This document shows, piece by piece, positions 54,640-64,000 of a DNA stretch of 64,000 bases; position 1 is the stretch's first letter; every line of letters begins with the position of its first letter. This DNA is from Lytechinus pictus (lineage: Eukaryota). The notes under the pieces are model-generated. The model saw nothing but the letters and a program-made list of their open reading frames with translations, searched no databases and was not told the DNA's origin. The stretch covers positions 38,628,001 to 38,692,000 of the forward strand of contig NC_087251.1 of assembly GCF_037042905.1 (NCBI RefSeq). Direction: 5' to 3'. The translations under genes were made by a program, and so were the position numbers.

Positions 54640-55736
54640 ATAGGGTCAAGGTGCTGACAAGGTTTTGTTAGATTCATGTCATTCGTTTCCATTTTAGGAA
54701 GCGATTGATGCTGGAGGAAATGTTTTTGGTATCAAGACTAACTCCCAAGACTCTCAGATTGCAGTCTTGAGTATAGACTAGGCATAGCTAGAGCAGGCAA
54801 TCCATCATACACAGGGGTTGTAACCATCTGTCAGGCAATTTTGCTTGTACTTTCCAATCACCTTGTTGTATATCATCAGCCAAGATGCAGAAAAATGTTA
54901 TTACCCCCTGACAATGCTGAACGACAGTGGACTTAAAGGGAGAAGTACACCCAGAATTTCAAAGGGTTTTAGATAGGATTGAAGACCCTTATCAAGTTGA
55001 TTTGAAGGAATATGTTGAAGTTAAACCAGCAAAACATTCAGATATCATCAAACTTAAGTGAAGGAGGATAATAAGATTGCAGTATTTTAAATATATGCAT
55101 TATCTTTTGAAACAGTCTAATGCACAACATGAACTTTTTTTTTCAAATTTATGAGCAAATTATGTTTATAAATTCACTCATTGCTCTATATTTCATTATT
55201 TCAAATCTCCTTTTTGTCATTTTTTTTATCACAGTGAAAATTTTATGAAAGTTCTCTCCCTTGTATTAAGTTACAGTGTTTTTTTTTTGCATTTATTAAG
55301 ACAAGACAAGAATTGAAGATAAAAATTGCACTACTAATTTGTCTAAAGCAAAATATAGGAAACAATGTGAGATATGCAGGTATTCACCATAGAATAGTAT
55401 GTGTGATCATTTTTAGAGAGCAGCATGGATGCCTGGTCAGACCATCTAAACCAACATCTATTTACTGCACATATGAAAGAGCTTTGGACAGATCCATTTT
55501 CAAACATAGTGCTCTGTAGGGAGCCAATCATTTTGACATTCCCATGTTTGACTCCTCCCTGGGGGTTATACACTCGTTGCTGCTTGAAATGCGCTAACAA
55601 GCCCAGACATTTCGTTAAGAAACTCATCTACAACAGAGTCATTTAGAGTGAAATTTTGAATATAGCACGCCATGGGCTGAGCAGACAGGCATGGCTAGAT
55701 GTAGAGAGTCTGAATGTGCATTCCAAGAAAGTCTGC

Positions 55737-55922
55737 TTTTTCAATGTACATTTCAAGACCAAATTTTCAATGAATATTTCAAAAAATTGAATTTTTCAAT
55801 GTACATTTCATGAAAATTGAATTTTTCAATGTACATTTCATGAAAATTGAATTTTTCAATGTACATTTCAAGAAAATTGAATTTTTCAATGTTCATTTCA
55901 AGAAAATCAAATATTTCAATTT
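55737..55922. repeat. 30-bp minisatellite, about 6 copies
   Basis: ttttcaatgtacatttcatgaaaattgaat repeated. It explains the repetitive ORF at 55753-55944. Confidence 0.92.
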
Positions 55923-57314
55923 TGAACCGAGACCCTTCATACACAATCAGATATTTGGCTGAAAATTAATGAAACTGTCAAGATGGGGTAGAAGTTATAT
56001 AGTTCTACAATTGCTTTTTCAATGTATTCTTTGGGTGATTCTATAAGTATGTACTTTTGACAGCATTATGAATGTTCCTGAAAATATTTGTATCTAGTTT
56101 TTCATATGAAAGGTTGTATTGCTCTCAAATTATCATGACTTGAGCAATCCATGAAGTGTAGTTGAAATTGGAGAAAAATGGGGATGGGACATCCAAAAAA
56201 GATTAGTATTTTATGTAATTTTCCCTTTTCTTCAACATAAATGAGAGATTGAATTTACTCCAAATTGTAGTTATGTCCTTCTGTCTGGGTAGGGATTATT
56301 AGTTGGGTAAGACATAGCTTGTTGTCCCATGGCTGTGGTTCATGTTCATTGCCTCCACTCGGTTAGAAGTAAGGAGATTGGAGCTCATATAGAGAATGAA
56401 ATTGGCAATTCATGGGGAAAGGAGATGTGATGAAGAACAACACAAGATAAAGGGGATGTTGGGGGTAATAGGGTTTAAAGAGAGCAATGTTTGTGAAATG
56501 AGTAGTGGTCCTGGTGGAGACAATGTCATGAATATAAAATGATAGAAAATGTGTACAACATTGAACATCTTGTGACTGTTCACAATATAATATTATTACA
56601 AAAAAATTATTTGTTGATATTTCTGGTGCATTTATATCATGTTCTATTATGTCACCAAATCTTGTAAAAGAAAGGTATCTTGGTGAATTTAAAAGATGTC
56701 ACATGTCATTTTTCAATTTTTCCAAATCAAACAGTTATCCAAATTCATATGAATTAAAGAAAAAAGTGTGCAATGGAAAGTGTCTGTTATTGAAGTAAAT
56801 TGTACCACTCACTCTAAAATGATACTGAAAGGCAGTATAGATATGTTTCCATTTGTATTCTATTTCTTAATACATTTGATTTATGCAGCAATGGACATGT
56901 AAAAGGAATTTGATAATTACTTCCCTTTAAGCCAATGCACTATGAAAAGTCCAGCATTTCACAATTTTATTCTGGTGCAAAGTTTGTGTGCACTTTTTAC
57001 ATTGAATGTAGATGGGATCAGGGGAGCATTTCATGAAACAAGTAGTGATTTTCACTGACTATTTGTTATAAGCTACTGAAATTCTTTCATCTGATTGGCT
57101 CAGAGCAAGTTAGACAGTGAAATATCACAGACAAGGTGCTTCATGAAACAATCCCCTGGGTGGTATGTCCATTGGGTCTATATGAAGCAGATATTAATGC
57201 AATAGTCAATTTTGATTTCTTATCAAATGCCTACAATACATGAAATCATATCATTTTTGTCTATCTATGAGAATGCAGTAGCCAATGTTCATTTTTTTTT
57301 CAATATCTTTACAG

Positions 57315-57421
57315 GTTGCGAGGCGTCCCCTGACGTAAGCATAGCAGCTGAGAAGTTCTGTATCAAACTCCTCTCCGTGTCACCAGAAGGAACGCAAGAA
57401 CTTATCTTGAGATGTGACTCC
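57315..57421 (+). CDS. FERMT2: Kindlin exon G (PH domain)
   Basis: Acceptor tttacag| and donor |gtaagt. [36 protein letters not shown] matches the kindlin 'GCE..PDV.....KF.IKLL' motif. Confidence 0.95.
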
Positions 57422-57894
57422 GTAAGTTATATCATTTTCTTTCTTTATTTGTTTATTCATTTGGTATTCTTTAAACAGGGTAGCCCTGTCAGAAGTCAAA
57501 TACTCTTGTGAATCCTACATATTTTTGGGTTTATTATAATTAGGCCCCACCTTTAGGTATGGCCTTCAAAACTACCATTAAACAATTCTCTCAATTTATT
57601 CCTCAAATTTAAATCTTAATGTTTTTTGTATTCAGATTAGGTCCCACCTTCTAGTATGACCTTCAAAACTCCTCTATTGAACTTAATGTACAAATGAAAT
57701 GACACATTACTTATAACTCCATCCTCCTACCTGGCCATTCAATTACATGTAAAATTGGTTTCTGAATTGAATTTTAGCTGGCAGTATTGTTTATGTACAT
57801 TTTTTAAAAGTAGATTTTTTGTTGTCCTGCAAAAACAAGGTCTTGCATTTTAGTCTAGATGACTTTGATGAATATTATATTCTGGAGGTGTCGT

Positions 57895-57995
57895 GGAGGT
57901 GTTGTGGCCGAGTGGTCTAAGGCACCTGGCTATACTTGGAAAGTCCGGGGTTCGATCCCCGGCCGTAGCACCTATGCCCATGAGCAAGGCATCTA
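57895..57995 (+). mobile_element. 5' part of a second tRNA-derived SINE family
   Basis: A box TGGCCGAGTGG and B box GGTTCGATCCC, followed by tgccc.tgagcaaggca, a typical SINE body start rather than a tRNA terminator. Confidence 0.7.
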
Positions 57996-58979
57996 CAGTG
58001 CTTTTTATCCTGCTTTCAAATAAGTGGAAATAGATTTGCATTATTATTAACTAGGTGTGCACTTGTTAAAAAAAAGAAAATAATAAAAAGAAAATACTGT
58101 GATGATAGTTTCATTAGAATGATTCATCATAAATGTCTTGTAATTTGTCTCTCTCATTGAATTTAAGCATGGAATTTGAGTTTCTCCTTCAGTATCATCA
58201 GAAATAAAATGTTAATTGCAGCAATTTTGGCTGCTTATTGGCATATCTTCCATTTAACAATTGTTTACAATTAATCTTTGTTTAGAAGGCTGGCCTAAGG
58301 GTTAATTAAATTATTAAGAGTCAGAACGTGCTTGTTAGTCAGAACTTGATTGTTAGTCAGTTTCACAGCCACATGTATTTTTTTTTTCAAATTTGATATC
58401 ATATTGTATTCAAAAGTTGCAGTACTATTGTATTTCTTCACATGAAAATTACTTTAGTTTGACAAAAAAGGTTGATGAATTCTTACATATCGAGCATAAT
58501 TCCAAGCATTTTGTATGTGTATGTAATCCCACGGTGTCTATTTCATTCTGTCTATGTGCATATGTATTTGTAATTTTGTAAACCTGATATGAAAGGAATT
58601 TCCTACACAGGACAATAAATAAATACATTCAATTCAATTCAATTCAATAACAAACTTCAATGTGCTGATGTGCGACTTTATTTAAATATATAGTATTTCT
58701 AAAATAAATATGTGTAATTACATATTATTACAAGGTGTAGTGTAAGGTTTCTTAACTGTGAATCTTGATCACATGATCATAGGTTGAACATGAGCGTGAA
58801 TGTCATTTGTCAAGACATTAATCTTCATATCACCTCTATTTCACCTCTTCTAGGTGAAGTTAATGGGTACCTAGTAGGAAGAAATTCCTTGAATGTTTGG
58901 GTTCCTTTACATGGTAGCTAGGCAAGACCATGGGTAGCAATATTGTACTGTGTGTCTCATTCCAATGAAACATATGAGT

Positions 58980-59250
58980 AGTTGTAGCAATTAAAGTAGA
59001 AGTGGTAGTGGTAGTGGTGATAGCGGTAGTGGAAGTAGTGGTGGTAGTGGTTAAGTGGTAGAAGTGGCTCTACTGCAGGAGGAGGACAAAGGGGAGAAGA
59101 AAGAAGTGGAAGGGGAAGAAGAAGAGGAGTGTGTGAGAGAGAAAGGGGGTGAGTGTAATGGAGTAGTGGTAGCAAAGTCAGAAGTAGTTTTGTTGTTGCA
59201 CTTAGTAGTGGTGGTAGTGATAGTGGTAGGACTAGTAGTGGTCATAGTTG
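58980..59250. repeat. (GTA/GTG)n and GA-rich low-complexity tract
   Basis: Read directly from the sequence. Confidence 0.85.
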
Positions 59251-59357
59251 TAAGCAGCATGGTCTTGACCATAATCACCATCCTCAACAACATAAGATTG
59301 TCATTGTCTTTATTTAAGTCATCATTAAAAAGATCGCTATCACTCTCTATATAACAG

Positions 59358-59582
59358 GAGGATCAGTATGCCAAGTGGATGGCAGCGTGTCGACTGGCAT
59401 CCAAGGGCAGGTCAATGGCCGATAGTACGTACCAGTTGGAGGTTGAGGAAATCAAGGCCTTCCTTAGCATGCAGCATAGTAACAAGGATGGCAGGGCCCC
59501 CATCATACCCACGGACATGCCCGAGATCAAGCCGGAAAACTTTGTCAGTGCACGGGCCCTCAAGAAGTACAAGGCTAAAGAC
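59358..59582 (+). CDS. FERMT2: Kindlin exon H (end of PH, F2 C-terminal part)
   Basis: Acceptor ataacag| and donor |gtaagt. Translates EDQYAKWMAACRLASKGRSMADSTYQLEVEEIKAFLSMQ...PENFVSARALKKYKAKD. Confidence 0.97.
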
Positions 59583-59785
59583 GTAAGTTCAAAGGCTACC
59601 TGAAGTTCATGACAAACTTGTGGTATACAGTACCTGCAAGTCTGTTTATTATTTTTTTTTCGTCTTCCTGTAATGCAACTGAATGTAAACTAATACAGAC
59701 AGCTTTGCAGAAGTCATGATCATGATAATGAACTGGTTTGGCAAAATTTAATCCAATTTGTCTTCTTTTTCCTTTTGTGAACTAG

Positions 59786-59932
59786 ATTGCTAAGAGCATC
59801 TTAGACGCACACTCAGGATTACAATCTCTGTCGCTGGTTGATGCAAAGCTTAAATACATCAAAGCATGGCAGGCACTTCCAGAGTATGGCATCACGTTCT
59901 TTGTAGTACGCACTCAAGGCAGCAAGAAAGAT
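59786..59932 (+). CDS. FERMT2: Kindlin exon I (F2/F3 boundary)
   Basis: Acceptor actag| and donor |gtaagt. Translates IAKSILDAHSGLQSLSLVDAKLKYIKAWQALPEYGITFFVVRTQGSKKD. Confidence 0.96.
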
Positions 59933-61149
59933 GTAAGTCGCTAAATCCAACATTCTCAAACTTACTGGCATCAAAAAGTTGCATAATTGCCCTTGGACAT
60001 ACAGTGTCCAAACTTGATGACATTTTTTTTTCAGTATTGTACACATTTCCCATAGACCCATGGTACTACTTCTACTACTATTACTCTCATTCGTGCCCTG
60101 TGGCACATGGTAGGAAAGGATTCATATTTTTTTAAATATTGGCCTTTCATGGTCTTGAATTGTCAGATTTTGTGTTCAAATGATGAATGAAAATACAAAA
60201 TAGAGAAAATATTTAAATGTCACAGAGTCAAGACTGAGCTGCTATATTGCATAGTGCAGGTGATACTTCCAGGGATGTTCATCTTTTCAAAGAGTTGTCT
60301 TTGATTTCATGTTTGATGAATCTTGGGGCAAGTCTAGCAATTATTATCACCTCAATTGTGTCTATTTATGGAATTTGATAGGTGATTTGGGCTGCAATAA
60401 GTCGACCCTCACATATTTTCCAATGCTGAGTAGAGCCTAGCCAGAGTTATCTCAGGCATGAAATCTCAGTGAGTTAATAAAGCTATATAGATTTGGATCT
60501 CCCTTTGAGTGTATTCATGTTAGATGATGGTCTTAAAGTACTTTCACCCCTCCCAATCGTCCAAAATTCAAAACATTCCATGGGTAATGAGAACATTTCC
60601 TTGCATATTATCTTAAAACAAAGTCATTCTGATTTGAACAATGTTGAGAATGTAGAATTCCAATCCTTCACCCTTTCCAGATGTGAAAAACATCAATAAT
60701 GATAATATACCAACGTACACGTATATCACTGTGAAATGTGTCACTCTGCATTCCATGGTGTAATTAGGAAAAAATTATTCACATATCTGAAATTTTCATA
60801 TTCTGGGGAGTGTTTCATGAAACAAGTAGTCAGTGATTTTTACTGACAAATTTTCTATTAGCCAATCAGATAAAAGGATTTCAGGAGCTTATAACAATTT
60901 ATTTCATGAAATGCTCCAATGATGATGTGAACATGGCATTCCATTCCTCACCTTCTATCAATTATAATGGACATTATGGATATCATATACAATCCAGGAA
61001 TGTATGTAATGAGGCATGATCTGAATGATGTAGTTGTCTGGGTTTTATTAAGACCATGCTATTTGAATTGACAATGGTATGCCATTGTGAAGTTCTGTGA
61101 TGGTGTCTACAATGTACCTTTTCTTTATTGCTTCTTTTTTTATTTATTT

Positions 61150-61618
61150 TTTTATTCCTTGCTTGATTTGTTCCTTCCTTCCTTACTTCCTCCATCAATG
61201 CATGCATGCATCCATCTATTCATTCATTCATTTGTCCATCCATCTATCCTTTTATTCCTTCCTTCCTTACTTCATCCATGGATGCATGCATCCATCCATT
61301 TATTCATTCATTCGTCCATTCATTTCGTCCATCCGTCCGTCCATCCATCCATCCATCAATCCTTTTATTCCTTCCTTGATTTGTTCCTTACTTCATCCAA
61401 CAATGCATGCATCCATTTATTCATCCATTATCCATCCATCCATCCATCCATCCATCCTTTTATTCCTTCCTTGATTTGTTCCTTCCTTACTTCATCCATT
61501 GATGCATGCATGCATCCATTTATTCATTCATTCGTTCATCCATCCGTCCGTCTGTCCATCCATCCATCCAAACATTCTTTCATTCATGCATTCCTTAAAT
61601 TATTTATTTATTCATTTT
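61150..61618. repeat. Compound (TCCA)/(TTCA)/(TTCC)/(TGCA) tetranucleotide satellite with higher-order repetition
   Basis: The block ttccttacttcatcca..gatgcatgca.ccat.tattcat recurs about 4 times. Confidence 0.9.
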
Positions 61619-62343
61619 GAAAAATATTTCACTGCACAAATCAGTATGGTCTTTGAAACCCCCTGAGCAAATCAGACATGGCATTTCTTGTTTTGATATC
61701 ATCAGCGAAACGAATATGTAAGGAAAATCCTGCTAATTGGAACTTCCTTTTATATGAGTCAACGTGTCGATTGATCGGGATAAATGAAGCTCAAATTATG
61801 CCATGTCATTACGTGCTAGTAGCATGCCTAATACTGATATACATTTATTTTCATCACGTTATTATGAATTTGAGACCACATGATTTCCTCTTCACAAAAA
61901 TATTATTATTTCATTTGCTGAGCCATGTTTCTCTTTTCGCTGCTAGAGAGGGAATTTTGTGGGAGAAAGTAATATATTATATCCAGGGAATAGACCTGTG
62001 GTTTTTCATAGAGTTATGAAATTTATATAAGATTGACAAATATCAGAATCATAACCATATTTTATCCTTGATTCAGGAAATGTTAATTAGATATTTTCCC
62101 CTCTTAGTGTCAAAGGAAATAAAAGTAGTAACATAATTGATTCCATATTACTGGGTAAGATAAATTGTTTAAAGGGACTAGATGGTTGTTTGAGTTGGCC
62201 TTTTTAAAGTTCAAATTGTGTGAAATTTCATGAAAGTTTTTAATGCAATGAAGGTAAAATTGATTGTAAATCAAATTTGATTTATCCACTTTGTCCTCTT
62301 GATTTGTTTGAGCAAGAAATGAAAGGACTTTGTTACATTCCAG

Positions 62344-62489
62344 TGATCCATTTCATAAAGGTTTACAATTCTGTTAACTAAATAAATTTTCATGGATACC
62401 TTGATTTGATTGGCTGCTGAGCCCTGTTACATGGTAGTTGTTATTATGGCAAAATTACCATGATTCTAAATCCTTTATGAAACAGGCAA
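62344..62489. mobile_element. Hairpin MITE family A copy 3, diverged
   Basis: Loop ccttgatttgattggctgctgagccctgttac matches 41843-41876. CAG flanks. Confidence 0.75.
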
Positions 62490-62725
62490 CAGATTAGGGC
62501 TTTTTCCTTCCATTCATATCATTATTTTAATCGATTTAATCTTGCCAATGAAATTATTTAAAACAATATCATTTTTGGCATGAAAATCTGCCCTCTGTTG
62601 ATTTTGGACTATGATTATGCAAAGGAATTTATATCCAAATGCTGTTTAAACTGACAGGAACTACCTGGCTTGGTCATTCTATTCAATGCAATATATTAAT
62701 ATCCAAATGTTATTCAAATTGACAG

Positions 62726-63031
62726 GAACTACTTGGCTTCGCTTACAACCGGATGATCAAGATGGACATCAACACCGGTGATCTCCAGAAGACATGGCGC
62801 TACAGCACGATGACTCATTGGAATGTAAACTGGGAAACGAGAGAACTCATCATCGGTATGGAGGATGGGGAGATAGGCGTGAACTGTCTGACCTGCGATT
62901 GCAAGATCGTCCACGAGTACATCGGTGGATCCATCTTCTTGGCGCTGCGCAAACAGGACAAGAATCAAGTCAAGGACATGGCCATGTTTGCCAAGCTTAC
63001 AGGAGGTTCAGAGACGGGCATCCTGGAATAG
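62726..63031 (+). CDS. FERMT2: Kindlin last coding exon J (F3 / PTB-like integrin-binding lobe)
   Basis: Acceptor ttgacag|. Translates ELLGFAYNRMIKMDINTGDLQKTWRYSTMTHWNVNWETRE...CDCKIVHEYIGGSIFLALR...MFAKLTGGSETGILE followed by TAG. Confidence 0.97.
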   Translation, partial: ELLGFAYNRMIKMDINTGDLQKTWRYSTMTHWNVNWETRELIIGMEDGEIGVNCLTCDCKIVHEYIGGSIFLALRKQDKNQVKDMAMFAKLTGGSETGILE

Positions 63032-64000
63032 ACAATTCTTCTTTCCTCATCTCCTGAAGGAAGAGAGCGCGAGCGAATCAGTGGTAGTGGAGGTGGTGGA
63101 CGTTGAAATATGTTGATGGGAAGGACAAGAAATAAGCTACTGCTTCATGATGACACATTAACATGCCTTAGGTAGTACAAAGAGAAACGTTTAAAGGGGC
63201 ATTTCATTTATGCGAGAACGCTGGATGCATTGGTGATTAATCGAAGGGTACGGACTACGGAATATGGCTTTGAGGCACGGTTGAAACAGTCTGGACCGTA
63301 TTCCTTTTACAAGGCAGAGTAGAAATACACAGTGGTAAAATGAGAGCGAAGTACGTAGATTGTTCAGAAATGGGGCACTATCTTATCCACCTTGGTTGTT
63401 GGTCTCTTCCTTGGCTTCCCACCTTCAAAGCACACTGCCGTTGATCCCTCCAAGCAGCTTCCACTTCTTCTATCTGTGGTGATCTATCATCATTGTTGGT
63501 CAACCTATGGTCAACCTTGTGGTCAGCCCTTGCCTACTGCTGTCATAGATGGAAAGCTATGATTAAGGAAGAATGTCAAGAAATGGTTATGTAAACAGAG
63601 GTGAATCATTACCCAAGCTCTGTGATGGATCTAACTGGTTTGGTTTGTCGAAGGACAGAGATCATATTGGTGCCCAGCTGTTGTTTCCGAACGACTCAGC
63701 AATCTTTTTGGGTTTTTTTTTACAAACCTCTTTGCAATAACTGTAATTATGCCTGAGAGGTAATTTAATTAATTGGAATGCTTGATGTATTTGATAATGG
63801 AGACATTTTTTATAAATATATATTTTCTTGGAAAATTCGTCGAATGGATGTTTTACTTTGTCATTTTTGAATTCTCATGTATTAATTGCAAGGTTTTATA
63901 TAAATTTTCCCCCTTTCTTTCCTAATAGGCTTTTAGTCAGCTTGTAAACAGCCAATACATTTTTACAGAAAATTTGCCCGTTAATATCATTATGGCTCAC
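63032..64000 (+). other. Probable 3' UTR of the kindlin gene
   Basis: Follows the stop codon and becomes T-rich distally. I saw no canonical AATAAA, so the transcript end is undefined. Confidence 0.55.

Noticed and set aside
57895..57970. tRNA gene
   Set aside because: The anticodon arm pairs poorly, no oligo-T terminator follows, and the downstream sequence is SINE-like.
61087..61620. 177-aa and 125-aa ORFs
   Set aside because: They are translations of a tetranucleotide satellite.
63029..63106. Stop-codon readthrough adding 24 residues (TILLSSSPEGRERERISGSGGGGR)
   Set aside because: The stop context is TAG-A, not the leaky TGA-CTAG type, and a 24-codon open stretch is expected by chance.

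Overview
AT-rich eukaryotic (animal) genomic DNA, not prokaryotic. The repeat content suggests an invertebrate deuterostome such as a sea urchin; that is inference only. The window is essentially one plus-strand, intron-rich gene encoding a kindlin / fermitin (FERMT / UNC-112 family) integrin co-activator. I read ten GT-AG coding exons by hand (12986-13219, 13590-13971, 40667-40904, 46769-46900, 49852-49901, 54173-54297, 57315-57421, 59358-59582, 59786-59932, 62726-63031). They join in consistent phases into 1946 nt (about 647 codons) covering the end of F0, F1 with its basic loop, F2 with the inserted PH domain, and F3. I did not find the first coding exon(s); they probably lie upstream of the window. 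The introns (one is 26.7 kb) hold many non-autonomous DNA transposons and MITEs (TTAA-, TA-, CWG-, ATA- and TAG-flanked), tRNA-derived SINEs, LINE remnants and tandem repeats. The most unusual observation is that two exons have tandemly duplicated, diverged intron-exon boundaries. These create upstream decoy splice acceptors that run into early stops, and one is in the last exon, where the product could escape NMD and lack the integrin-binding F3 lobe. There is also a four-level nested insertion at 52.7-53.8 kb. I found no evidence of a new multi-gene system; almost all short ORFs in the track are noise.
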